Shown here piece after piece: positions 25,839 through 38,399 of a stretch of DNA of 64,000 nt. Origin of the DNA: Tubulanus polymorphus (lineage: Eukaryota > Animalia > Nemertea); NCBI RefSeq assembly GCF_964204645.1, contig NC_134028.1, positions 15,817,653 through 15,881,652 on the forward strand, written 5' to 3'. Every line of letters starts with the position of its first letter. Position 1 is the stretch's first letter. The position numbers were made by a program, and so were the translations under genes. Below the pieces are notes generated by a model that was not told the DNA's origin, did not search any database, and saw only the letters and a list, made by a program, of their open reading frames with translations.

Positions 25839-26506
25839 TTTATTGTTACACCTCTCTTAGATGATCATACTACAAATAAGGTTTTTTTGGTTTCTTACAA
25901 AACACCATCTACGCCAACTTTTCCCAAAACAACCAAATCAATAGTTGCACATTGGATGATATTTTATGATGTTATTCCTTATTAAACATACAAAACTTTG
26001 ATAATAGTATTGATGATGTCGTCAATCTGCAAAACTGAGTTTTTTACTGCAAGTGATCTCTCCATCCTTAAAAATCAACAAAATGACACTGATTGAATCA
26101 AACATGGGGCAAGGCTATTATATATTCTTATTTTCAAGAAAGAATGTTGCTATTTTAAGCAGGGTCACACTTACAATTGAGGCCTCAAAATTATGTTAAA
26201 ACAGATAAGCCATCATTTCACCGCACACTAGTCGGTGCACATATTTATTTTCAATTCAAAGATCGCTGATAACAATCCCATAACCTGTGTATATACGTTA
26301 TGATATTTAATCATCTAAAAACCCTTCTGGGGTAGCAGTGAGCTAGGATGTAAAAGAAGTTCTGAAAAAAAACTGGCTTCACTCTTCCTTTCAATTTATC
26401 TTATCCCCCAAATTAGTTAAAGCTTTTCCGATGCCAAGTTCATTTTCTATGGTATAAGGCGTATGAGATAATGGAGCTTTTAATCACCTTTTCTTCTTTA
26501 TTTTAG

Positions 26507-26565
26507 GAATTACTTTGGAAGGATGTCGGGCACGCTCAAAGCTTCTATGCATTCACTTGATTCAA
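26507..26565 (+). CDS. EXOC7: Exo70 small coding exon in the variable linker
   Basis: CTTTTCTTCTTTATTTTAG acceptor, A|GTTAGT donor, 59 nt, phase 2 to 1. This is the phase bridge needed between 23800 and 28469. Encodes NYFGRMSGTLKASMHSLDS. Confidence 0.75.
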
Positions 26566-26754
26566 GTTAGTACATGTTTATATTTTCATTGATAATGATG
26601 ATAGATTGATAACATCACATTGCAGGATCATCTGAATTGAGGATCATCTGAATTGAGGTGACAACTATAACTGGTTGGTTTCAACTGTATTCTATTAATA
26701 TATTATTCTACTTGAAACACCGACATATAATACAGAGAACTGAATAAATTTAAG

Positions 26755-27292
26755 TTTTTGTTCCGTGCGCAGCAAAGCCGCGGGCGGGGGGCTTGGTATC
26801 CGCCTCCATCCGTGATAGTGTCTGTCCGTCCGTCTGCATCAGCTTGTGAACACGATTCAAGAAGAATTGTTGATCGTAGGACTCTGATGTTACACGGTAT
26901 GATTACCCCTAGAGAGAGGATGTGCCCTATTGATTTTGGGGTCCAAAGGTCAAGGTCACTACTGGTCATTCATGTGAAACCTTGTGAACGGGATTCAAGA
27001 AGAACCATTGATAGCAAGACCATGATATTACATATTATGATTACCCCTAGGGAGAGGATGTGCCCTATTGATTTTGAGGTCCATGAATCAAAGGTCAAGG
27101 TCACTACAGTCATTCATGTGAAACCTTGTGAACGCGATTCAAGAAGAACCGTTTATCTTGCGTATTATGATTACCCCTGGGGAGAGGATGTGCCCTATCA
27201 ATTTGGGGTCCAAGGATCAAAGTTCAAGGTCACTACAGGTCATTCATGTGAAACGCTGTGCACGTGATTTATATGCCCTCTATATGCCCTCA
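26755..27292 (+). mobile_element. HINE-like element (family E): GTCC microsatellite plus ~3 tandem ~140-bp units containing AAGGTCAAGGTCA
   Basis: T-run start, GTCTGTCCGTCCGTCTG, units beginning CTTGTGAAC at about 26843, 26981 and 27125. Confidence 0.75.
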
Positions 27293-27304
27293 ATTTATGC
27301 ACAA

Positions 27305-27388
27305 AAAAAACGATTCTACCTACTTAAAGACTCAACCCAAAAATTTGAGTCGGTGTTACGGCAAACAGACAATTAATTTAGGATAGCC
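27305..27388. mobile_element. Right end of the same GGCC MITE family as 45602-46162
   Basis: GAGTCGGTGTTACGGCAAACAGACAATTAATTTAGGATAGCC-TTA matches 46121-46165. Confidence 0.7.
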
Positions 27389-28468
27389 TTATGACTGTAA
27401 ACAAAGCCTTGTTTGACCAGTTACTAGCTCAGCTATTTGTGAAAGTAGCTGAATACCTGTGGAGTCCTGAAAATTTGAATTATTGCCCAAGTTTGGTGGA
27501 GCAGTTTTAGATTGTATTACATGTCTGATGTTCCCTTACCACATAGCAAAACAGGAAGATGATAGATATTTTTCCAGTTTTCAGAGTCTCTGATTGAGAC
27601 CACATAGCAAAACAGGAAGATGATAGATATATATCCTGTTTTCAGAGAAAAAGAATATAACTCACACAGCAGTCAGGTTTGCTTAAATCAACTGACCCGT
27701 GTTTGGCTGACTTTGGAATGACTAAATTGCAAAAATTTGACATGGAAAATTCATTTGTTCATTACGCGACACATCATAGATATTTAGTTAATTTGCATCC
27801 AACAACCTTCTACATATCTGATATGACTTGTTTTGCCACTTTTAATGTCTAACAGCAACTGCATTCACTGTAATTCGTCATCAAAATTGCCCCTTACGGA
27901 ATTCTTTTAGTAGAAAAATGTTTTGCTAGTCTATTACTTATAGCCCACTTCACCGTATTCACTGACCTACAGTGCTACTCACTTATATACGATTATCATG
28001 GCATATACAACGGTAGCAACACTTACAATGGCAAGAGTTTATTTATTGAAATCACTCCTAAAACGATAAAATACCACATGAAATGTCTAGTGAAATGACT
28101 GGAAGTGGCGAGCGTTTGTCAGAGATGACGTCAGAAACAGGCACCTGCTAACATAAACAATAACAGTGAGCACCTGAAATTGCCGATTTAAAAGTGATAT
28201 TTCTTAGTAATGGCTGAACTAAATTCAAACCAGTTCCATATTTGATATTTGTGAATTTTGAAAATGAATTTTACACAATATTCTATTTTGATGGCATTTT
28301 CTCTTTAAATGCCAAAAGTATGAACCCTGTTTTGGCCTTCAGTCAAAGTTGGTCAAGACCCTGCTGTTTTACTAGATGACCTGACGGCTAAAATGATTAA
28401 TGAAAACACTGTTCTGATTTTGTCCACTAAGTATCATGGTCCATGCTCCTCTTATTTTGTCATTCCAG

Positions 28469-28581
28469 GTGGTATTAAGCGTACACCATCATTCAGTACC
28501 TCTGAAATTAAGGATGATGTCTTAGATGTTGAACTCGATGGATATCTAGTTGGCATATCTTCCCTTTTAAGACTGATTCAG
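28469..28581 (+). CDS. EXOC7: Exo70 internal coding exon
   Basis: GTCATTCCAG acceptor, CAG|GTAGAT donor, 113 nt, phase 1 to 0. GIKRTPSFSTSEIKDDVLDVELDGYLVGISSLLRLIQ, compared with vertebrate RDDMLDVETDAYIHCVSAFVKLAQ. Confidence 0.92.
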
Positions 28582-29291
28582 GTAGATACGTTTTAGAATT
28601 TTCTGCTCATTCATTTAAATCCCTTTTGTTATATTCTTTATTATTAGGGTTTTTTTGACCAGATATCAGAAAGCCCTATTGTAAATCCTTGCCTATTATT
28701 TAAGACAAAATCTTTAACACTATTCAGAAATGAATGATATATACAATTGAAACAATGTATAGTTCGTTTAACTTGACAAATGTAGCCGACATGCTAAAGA
28801 GTCCAGTGCCATTTAACTGTGACCAGTTTCATTTAACTTTACCTAATCACAACAATCAGCTGTTGAAGAACCTAGCAAAAATTAGCTATGAGATGATTTT
28901 ACAAGATATTTGCTTCAAGGTGTGTATTATTTCAAAACTGTAACTTTGATAAAATATTTGGTACTTATGTTTGATATAGAAATAACAGAGCTTGGTGATA
29001 CACGTTTATGGGGTGTTTTATTTGCCATATTCGTGTGCATAGAGAATTGCATCAATTTGCGAAATATAGCTGAAAATATATCCATGGGGGTACTGGCACT
29101 CACCATTTGCGGGGCTTTCAAAATGGTTTGAATAACCAGTTGCAGACTAAGAACTAACAGTTGCAAAATTTCCTCTGACTCAAGTGATGTAAGCAAGCCA
29201 TGATGATAGATCGAGTAAAGGAACCCTTGCAAATGACAAAGGTGTGATGAACAGAGTGTCCGCCCCAAGAAAATTTCGGTACACATTTTAA

Positions 29292-29650
29292 AGGCCGAAT
29301 CCAAGAAAATGTCTATCGCACTTTTCAGCTCAAATGTGTACTTTTACTTAGTAGCCACTTGAGAATAATAAGCACTTAATGATATCAGCTACTTTTCCAG
29401 TAGTATTCTTTTGAAAAACAGTCAGGCTTAAATAGTCTACCATTCATTTCAGTTAGTTTTCCATTGCAGCTTTTTGATTGAGCCTACTCCTAAAAAGTGA
29501 CCGTTATAGCAGTAGTCAACTGCAAAACCACGCATTTATAAACAGTGACTTTTTGATAGTAACTCTTACCGTAGCTGCTACTCTCAAAACACATTGTATC
29601 AAAAAGTCTATTATTAAATAGTAACCATTTTGAGATCACTTGCCAGATTC
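29292..29650 (+). mobile_element. Repeat shared with 62450-62840; TTAA|AGG start suggests a Kolobok-like DNA element end
   Basis: AGGC.GAATCCAAGAAAATGTCTATCGCACTTTT...TAGTAGCCACTTGAGAA in both copies. Preceded here by TTAA. Confidence 0.6.
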
Positions 29651-29899
29651 CGTGTTATAAATATATAATGAATATGTAAATAAGCAACATATGCAGTGAG
29701 AAGTGACAACATAGAAAAAACTCAATGCTGACGCTATATAGTTTGGGGCAAAGTAGCATATCGAGTGACTCAGTTAAGATCTGATGATACTCTTTGAGGA
29801 TGTTAATGACCATGATTGGAGTTAAATTTGATTATTCAATGTTATTAATTTAATGAAAATTTCATAACAATATGATTTTCAAGCATAGGTCTGCATCTA

Positions 29900-29988
29900 T
29901 TAACCCACTTGGGATTTAAGTCCCAGGGGCTATTGCATCTACTTTTCATCTGTCACCTGTCCATCTGTAGACGGAATCCAGTAATTTC
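29900..29988 (+). mobile_element. HINE family B 5' end; a matching 3' end lies at 31839-31887
   Basis: CCCACTTGGGATTTAAGTCCCAGGGGCTATTGC...GACGGAATCCAG. 3' end GAAACCACTTACCAAGTGGGCATGGTGTCCCTGGACCCCTAG. Confidence 0.65.
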
Positions 29989-30624
29989 TACGTCTCCGAT
30001 GCAACTAATACGAATCAAAAATGGTGTCAGCCTAAAATCAATAAAAAAGTAGCGTGATCCTATACTTACGTACGTAAAACTAAAAACCTTATTCAGTGAT
30101 CACAGTTCACCGTTAGGTGGTGCCACGTAATTATGTGTTCAACTCAGTTAGAATCGATGCTTTGTAATTGGAACAAGACCTAGCCCGGAAGAGGTGCAGC
30201 TAAGAGATCAGAAATCTTGAGGCGCACTGTGTTGCGTCGAAATGAGCGATATGAATCAATTAGATTCTTTGTTTTATTTTAATATATTTTACACTCATAC
30301 CCATTACAGGTATTAGAGGGACAACACAAAGTTTACAGATTTTATAACACGGTAGATAATTTACAATTCAATAACACAATAAACTTGTTTAAATTAACAG
30401 GGAGGTTGAAAATACGGTTTCTAGTTGCAGTAGTATTAAGATTGGAGGTTCTAACTTTACACAAGCTAATTGCGAGATCGAGCGATAAATAAAATATTTA
30501 AATATTTTTGAATGTATAATACCTCGGCGCCACCTAACAGAGAACTATGGAACCTTCACGTAAATAACCTACGTCGTTACAAACTGCCCACGGCTCAGCG
30601 AAATAGATGCAATGAAAAATAAAC

Positions 30625-30778
30625 ACGTCGCAAATATACTACGGTGCGGCAATTACCGTACATCGAAGAAAAGATACACCGTCGCAAATATACTAAGGTG
30701 CAGCAGTTATCCTGCATCGAAGAAAAGGTACACTGATGCAAATATGCTATGCTGCAGCAATTACACTACGTCAAAAAT
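30625..30778. repeat. Three 54-bp tandem repeats next to an inverted-repeat pair (about 30100-30135 and 30516-30550)
   Basis: GCAAATAT at 30630, 30684 and 30738. GTTCACCGTTAGGTGGTGCC is inverted to GGCGCCACCTAACAGAGAAC. Confidence 0.7.
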
Positions 30779-30959
30779 ACTCATATTAATTGCATGAATC
30801 GCGTTCCATAGTTCACTACAATTACTGGTGTGGTGAGTCACTATGCTGCAGTTGTGTCGCTCTACTATATAACTGTGCTTTTCAACTTAGTTCCAATTTT
30901 TACTCATAGATGATGTACCTCCAACAGCCTCTAATACTGAATTGATTTGATTTGAATGA

Positions 30960-31135
30960 TGCCGTTGGGTTCGAATCCTGGTTTTGGTTCTTGCATGTGG
31001 CTGCGCTGACTCATGCAGGTCTCCCTTGTGTGCTGTGTATAGTGTGGTTATATACTATTGTACTCACACATACAAGCATACCACACAATGTGTGTAATCT
31101 GCAGTAGGCTTAAACTCACCTGTGTGGCAGTCTTT
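30960..31135 (+). mobile_element. Possible tRNA-derived SINE remnant
   Basis: Pol III B-box GGTTCGAATCC at about 30968, followed by a non-tRNA body. No A-box or cloverleaf seen. Confidence 0.35.
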
Positions 31136-31639
31136 GAAAGTCTGGTTTATTTCTGAGATTTATTTACAAAAAATTCTACATTTAATACTGTTAATACTGA
31201 TTTGATCACGCTGATATTAATATTTATCACCTTAGAAACCCTATTGTTTATCACTTGAATAAGATATGACAGCTTATGTCATCAATCGGGGAAATAACAT
31301 AATCAACTTACGCATTGACGATATTCACCAGATGTGATACTGAAAAACTGAAGTCAACTTTCATACCTGGCACCACATGAAAAACTCATTTTTAGGCCAA
31401 CATCTAGACTTTGATTTTTTTGCATGGAACGGGGAGGGGATTCCTCCAAAATAACTGAACATTTCTCATTATGCTAAAAGGTCATGATTGTAGGTTATAC
31501 AAATCCATATATGCTTACCTTAGATATCCTAACGTGACAAGCAAGTTCCAACGGTATTTAGCACATTGTAGCCTATTTGTGTTATGATTATGCCTGAAAT
31601 AATTTGGTATGTTTTGTATTATTTCAGTTTTCTGAACAA

Positions 31640-31837
31640 TTTTGGACGTGGACCGTAACCAAATGTATATCTTTGGTCTTATTTGACTACAAAATAATTC
31701 TTGAAGAAAGATAAAATACAATATAAACTTGTGGAACTTTGAAGTCACGAATTAAAAAGATTTTTCAAGCAATGTCCATATTCCAAACAACCTCTAGCTT
31801 TCAAGGTAAACCACACTTTGCCTATGGGCAATTTATT
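31640..31837 (+). mobile_element. Family A 3' fragment
   Basis: Matches 46250-46447 and ends TTGCCTATGGGCAATTTATT. Confidence 0.75.
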
Positions 31838-34223
31838 TAGCATTTGAAACCACTTACCAAGTGGGCATGGTGTCCCTGGACCCCTAGTTGCTGTTGCTGT
31901 TGCCTTTCAGTGATGTGAAGTTAGAAACTGGAATGATCGGATTGAGCTTCGAACGTAAACCTAATGGAATAGGTAGCCGGAAAGTTTACTGTCTTGGTCG
32001 AAATAATAAAATCTACTGTATTTGCTCTTCTACAAGGAAAGAAAAATACATCCTGGTAAAATTCGGTTACGTCTAGCTAAAATGTCACTTCAGTCCTATA
32101 CAGATTAAAATTATTTTTTGATACATTTGGTTCTTAATGCGAAAATAATTATGCCTGATAATGGTGATGTCACCAGGTTATATCATAACATCATAACCGA
32201 AGCTTCAAGGATATGGATATTTTCTCTGGATATTTTATTATTATTAGCACTGTAATAAGATACATCTCCTTACATGGAATTGGAATCCGGTTCCTGAACT
32301 TCGCTGAAAAAGCTGAAACACTGAAACGCTGAAAATAAAACGCTGAAATTTCGAGAATTCTAGAAAAAAGCTGAAATTTCAGGGAATTCCCGAAAAACGC
32401 TGAAATCGTGCTAGGAACCGACGATACACGTTTTGAAAATTTTTCCTGGCCCGCTGTCTGCTGCCGGGTCCTAAACCGTGCTTTAGTCTTTACCGAATTT
32501 TTTTGGGTTATAGAGATACGCCAACAAGGGGGTTGTCTTCGGCTCCCTTTAACATTTTCAACTGGCATCAGACCACAATTGATAGGTTAGTAGCTTGAAC
32601 ATGCGTATGGCTGGACCATGGTAGCTAGAGTGAAGAAGAGGTCCCCCATAAATGTTGCTATAATTTCGGCAAATGAGATAGAGGTCTGAGCTCAACCTTT
32701 GATCGATTGATGGAGGACCTCATTTCCTTGACATGAGCCGGAATCTTCAGTTGAATCAGGAGGAACAATAATTGTTCAGGACACACTGTATAACATGATA
32801 CTTACTGGCCAAAAATTAGTTCATCAAAACTGCATCAGTTCCAAAAACTACCATCATGCTTCCCCAAAATGGAAAATAAATAAATAATATTTTACTTACA
32901 TTTTTCTGTGCATCATGATATAAATTGTTGTTATTGTTTTATGTGCATGTATGTACCCGTATAAGCTAACAATGACGTTTTCACTTCATTTGAATAAATT
33001 CTTAACTACAGTAATTCTAATTCTCAATTGTTTTTATTATTGTTTGGTAATTCCTTGCAACTTCTCATTTCCACGTTTCATACAAGAAGTAGTTGAATGA
33101 AAGTACAGTTAGGCTGAACCTGACAACCCATATTAAGTGCTAGCATCGAGATTTGATTATTTCGATTTTATTTTCGGTGTCATTGAAATTCGTGAATAAA
33201 GGTTCAACTGTCATTGTACTTAGGATAGCTTTGATTGGGTTTCATATTTCTACATTTTCTACAAGGAGGCCTTAAAGGGTCGTCCCCCGGTAGAGGTCAA
33301 AACTTGGTTTACATTCTCAAGTTGCTGGAGACTACCATCTGCATTCATACCTCGATTTGTCTGGCCTATGAGAGTCGAACAACATTTCCCCATACACAGG
33401 CTTGGCTTTAGTGTAGATGAAGGCTAGGCACTGCACATTGTGGATTAACTGGAACTCTAAACTCTCAAAATAGAACGAGTCAACAAGAAAGATCCAATAA
33501 TTGAACGTTTATCTAACTATATTAATTAACAGCTTAAGAGATATACATTATACACAAAAGAAATCAGTTCTACATTTTATCCGAATCAAGCGCTAAAGCC
33601 ACAGATTCGCTTAGCTTGGGCTTGAATTCTGGTTCCATTGCTTCGTATTCTATTGAAATCCCCTTTGTTACCTCGGAATATCGCTCAGCTTTTAAAGACT
33701 ACAAATTTGGTCCCAGGAAAACCAAGTAAAGCGGGGTACTACTGTACATCAGACTGATTGAAATATAATCACTGCTGCTACAAGAAGTCTTTTCTCGGTA
33801 TCTATATGTCCATCTTAGCAAATCAACTTGGTCCATGATTCCTCCTTTTATAGATAGTCTAAAGATAAGAATTGTTACAATTTCTTACAGATGCTATGTC
33901 ATTTCTTTAAAAAACCTGATGATTTTCTAACCACAGCAAATGAATTATTTATTATTAAGAAAAGTGGTTCTCATAATCATATTTTATATACATTGAAATG
34001 TTCAAATAAGATTTTTTTCGTCTTGTAGAAGTAAACCACATTCTTGGAATATTCAGCATAGTGTTTAAAGTTGGCTTGTGCGGTTGTGATAGGGTATTGA
34101 TACTCTATACATACTGTTTATGCATGTCTTTATAACCAAAAATTAGGTAGAGACTAAAGCAAAGGTTCAGGACTCGGCAGCGGTCCCGGCCCGGAAAAAA
34201 TTCAAGACGTGTATTGTCGGTTC

Positions 34224-36567
34224 TGTTTCACGCGGGTCAAAGACAAATCCTCAGATGTGGAGTAAACGTCCAAGCTAACAAGAAACTGCCAACAACGGCT
34301 ATAAAACAGCGCGACACTTTAATAGTTCCAAGAACGGCCTAGGTCTGACTTACTAATACAAGCCCGGCAGTGGTATATATATGAGCAGGCATTAAGGAGG
34401 CACAAACAAGCTGGATTAAACCAGTGAACCACTGCTGGAAATGCAAGTCAGCCAGGCAGTACAATACAACTCTTACAATATAATACCAGGTAACACGCCC
34501 CTTACAAAAGTTGAGTTGTGGGGAACTCAAATAATCAAAGTTTTAACAGAATTAGCAAATTGTAAATTCATACAGCTTTTCACAATATTAACGGTCTATT
34601 ACAAAAATAACTTCAACACTTCTCGAGACTATACATCGAGTTAACTAGTTACACCCGCGACAATGTATCAGCTATCACATTCTTAGATCCGCGAATGTGA
34701 TGGATATCCAAGTTATATTCCTGTAGGTACAGACTCCAACGCATCAATCTCCTGTTTTTATTTTTCATCCTGCTTAAAAATACTAAAGGATCATGATCAG
34801 TAAATACGACTACAGGAAATCTCCCGGTACTCACATAAATCTCGAAATGGTCAACAGCCAGTACCAGCGCGAAACACTCCTTTTCAATAGTAGAATAAAT
34901 CTTTTGTGCAGAGTTGAACTTCTTTGAAAAGAAACAGACGGGATGTTCAACCCCATCCTTATCACTCTGAGCAAGAACAGCACCAGCCCCGCTGTCGCTA
35001 GCATCAATACTTAGCCGAAATTGACTATTAAAATCAGGTGCTCGCAATACAGGACTAGCTGCCAACATGGACTTGACAGATTCAAACGCATCACTACACT
35101 GCTGTGTCCATTCAAATTTCACCTCTTTTTTTAACAAATCAGTTAAAACAGCAGTAATTTGAGCTAGATTTCTACAGAATTTTCGATAAAAACCAGCCAT
35201 ACCCAAGAAACGCATTAATGATCGTTTATCAGGTGGCTGAGGAAAATCAAGTATAGCCTTGACTCTGGCATCAAGGGGAGCAACGATTCCTTGGCCGACC
35301 ATGTGACCCAAATATTTCACTGTGCTATGACCAAAATTAGGCTTGGGCAAATTAACTGTTAGATTTGCCTCAGTAAGCGCTACAAATAAAGCACGAATTT
35401 GGGTCAGATGATCATCCCAGGCATCCGCCTCCAAAATGATATCGTCTAAATACACATACGTAGACTCTAAATCTTCAGTGACCCTATTCATTAGCCTCTG
35501 AAACGTAGCAGCGAGTTCTTCATGCCAAAGGGCATAACTTTACACTGCAACAACTCATTTGGAGTAACAAAGGCCGAAATCCTTTTTGCACGATCAGTGA
35601 GCGGAACCTGTCAGTAACCTTTTGTCAAATCAAATGTTGACACAAATATTGCGTTGCCAATTCTATCAATTAAATCATCGATCCGTGGCATTGGAAATGA
35701 ATCGGTTTTAGTGACAGCATTTACCTTACGATAATCCGTTACAAATCGCCAAAAAAAATCCAACTGCCTCAAACGCATCTGCTGCTCGTTCTCCAGTTGA
35801 CACATATGCAATTGATGAGTCCGTTCCTTCTCTCGTTCCACCGCCTCGAATTCCATTTCCAACCTGCGCTGCTCCAGTTGACCACCAACATCCGCGACTG
35901 GTAACCTTAAAGACTCAGATTTTAACATACCCTTAACCACAAGAGCATTAGCAATTAAGGTTTGAAGCTCAGCCTTCCTCATAGAGGTTTTCGTGGTAAG
36001 TCCATAATGTCCTGCAACACTGAACAGATCTGCTTTCAACATTCTATACAATCCCTCCGCTGACGGGGATAAAACGAACTGTTCAGCCCGTTCAGACATT
36101 GTCACTAATTTTGAAACATACAACACTGTTCAAACTATAAAGTTTTAAAATTTCCAAATGTTAGTTCAGAAAGAACATAACAAAAAGCAAAAAGCATACA
36201 CCGACAGAACGCGAAAATTCTAAATACTGACGGGGCCGGAAAAGGTAGAAAAACGATTACAGTACCTTTTCACGACTCCGGAGCCAGACCACTATTCGCC
36301 AGGTCAAAGACAAATCCTCAGATGTGGAGTAAACGTCCAAGCTAACAAGAAACTGCCAACAACGGCTATAAAACAGCACGACACTTCAATAGTTCCAAGA
36401 ACGGCCTAGGTCGGACTGACTGATACAAGCCCGGCAGTGGTATATATATGAGCAGGCATTAAGGAGGCACAAACTGTGACAGCTGGATTAAACCAGTGAA
36501 CTACTGCTGGAAATGCAAGTCAGCCAGGCAGTACAATACAACTCTTACAATATAATACCAGGTAACA
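34224..36567 (-). mobile_element. Internally deleted Gmr1-like Ty3/Gypsy LTR retrotransposon with TSD GTTC
   Basis: LTRs 34224-34495 and ~36302-36567. GTTC at 34220-34223 and 36568-36571. Purine tract next to the 3' LTR. The gag N-terminus is joined to RT, and RT-RNase H ends about 150 bp before the LTR with no integrase. Confidence 0.9.
34649..36099 (-). pseudogene. gag N-terminus fused to RT-RNase H (one stop, one frameshift)
   Basis: WRFVTDYRKVN, FPMPRIDD, FDLTKGY*QVP, MPFGMKN, VYLDDI, IDASDSGAGAVL, YSTIEKECFA, TDH, NVIADTLSRV*. Confidence 0.92.
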
Positions 36568-36724
36568 GTTCCTAGGACGATTTCAGCGTTCTTCGGGAAT
36601 TCCCTGAAATTTCAGCGTTTTTCGGAAATTCCCTGAAATTTCAGCTTTTTCTTTTCGGCATTTCAGCGTTTCAGTGTTTCAACTTTTTCAGCGAAGTTCA
36701 GGAACTGATCGGAATCACCCAAGT

Positions 36725-37410
36725 CTTTGTTCTTGTCACTAGGGTAGTTAGATATTGAATAATATACGATTTGCCTATTTATAATGGTACCTATGCATAT
36801 TTTGTAACCACAATGAATTGCAAAATTGTGGCTCATGACATATTTTATGAATGTGGTGAGTTTTAAGGTCAGTGTTTTTTGTATATGGTCACCATAGGGT
36901 GTTGAATAGCTGCATAACCTAGTATTTTCATATTGTATCGGTACCTGGGCATATTTTGTAATCAAAATCAATTGCAAAATTGTTATAGCTTATGACAGGT
37001 TCTCTGATTGTGGTGAGTGTCAAGGTCATTGGTTTTTGTGGAGTGTTGAATAGCTGAATAATTTAGTATCTATATATTTCATTTGTATTTTTAAATTGCA
37101 TGGGTAGCTAGGCATATTTTGTAACCACAATTGCAAATTTTTTAACTCTTGACATGTTCTATGATTTTTGTATATGGTCAGGGGCATTGAATAGTGGTAT
37201 AACTTAGCATTCCATATTATGATCATACGTAGGCATATTTTGCTACCACGATCAACTGCAAAGTCATGAAAAATTCTATGATAGTGGTGAGTTTCATGAT
37301 CATTGGTTTCTGTGTTTGTTCTCCAGGAGATGTTGATTATTGAAATCGTCAAATTATAGAGTGCCATTTTGAAACCATAATCAAGTTGTTGTGGTGTCCC
37401 TGCACCCCAT
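36725..37410 (+). repeat. Diverged HINE family B tandem units and 3' end
   Basis: Repeated GCATATTTTGTAA...ATGA.TGTGGTGAG...AAGGTCA. Ends GGTGTCCCTGCACCCC. Confidence 0.7.
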
Positions 37411-38399
37411 ATTTATATTTGTGAGTTTCAAGATTCTTTGTTCAAAAAAATGTCATAACCATAGTCAGTTGTGTAACAGGGTTACTAATAAAGGTGGCCT
37501 CAACGACCAGACTTTCTGCAAAAAAAACAGCAACAATATCCTCTCCGTTGACTGTTCACAATCCTGGACAGCAACATAAAATTTAGTTAACAAAACACAC
37601 CTGAACCAGCTGATCATGTAATTAATTATAACCTGACTTTCACAATGACCAGGCAAAACTGATCTGCTATTAACACTGACATTAATGATCTATTCATTCA
37701 AAATTAATCAATATTTAATTTCTGCAGACTAGATATAACACTGAATTTGATATTATTATCTGTTTTATTACTTATATAAACTTAAACATAGATCACACAG
37801 ACAACAATGATAACAACAATTCATACAATCAGACAATGTCTCCACCTACCAGCATGATCCAGCATAAACCGGGAGTTTCAGATCAAATAGAAAAAATGCA
37901 TATGATTCAATAAAAATGATTCCCAAAATTATCCCAGGAACCTACAGATCACATGCACCACAAAATCACATATTCAGATAAATTCAAGGAGATCATGATC
38001 TTACCTGAATATTTAGTAAACAAAACGAGAACCATATGATCATTTATTTTGTTATAACCTGACTCCCACAATGACCAGGCAAAACTGATCTGGTCAGCTG
38101 ATATCAGGTGTTCCTGAGAGGGCAGCACAATATATGTATATGTATATAAATTTATTCGCAAACATACGTCTATAATGAAGTGCGGGTGCAAGGGTGCAGA
38201 GATACAGCAAACGACATCCGATAGATCCAAAGAATATTTGATACATCTTGTGGTATATAATCTATGAACTCAGGCCATAGGCGCACAGCGGCCGCTCTCC
38301 AGAATGTCACAATATATATAAAGTTAAAGCTTAGGTCAAAGCTTAAACAGATGTTCTATTATTTCTTGCAATTCAGTTGTGGTTGTAGAATTTTTGAAT

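Larger units (their letters stand above)
32287..36708. mobile_element. Long-TIR (foldback/MULE-like) non-autonomous DNA element; right TIR split by the Gypsy insertion
   Basis: Left arm ~32287-32522 (GTTCCTGAACTTCGCTGAAAAAG, GCTGAAA subrepeats, CTTTAGTCTTTACC) is the inverse of 34122-34223 plus 36572-36708. TSD not resolved. Confidence 0.78.

Noticed and set aside
26758-27267. 169-aa ORF with repeated MITPRERMCPIDF
   Set aside because: Read-through of HINE tandem units; the third unit shifts frame and there is no protein homology.
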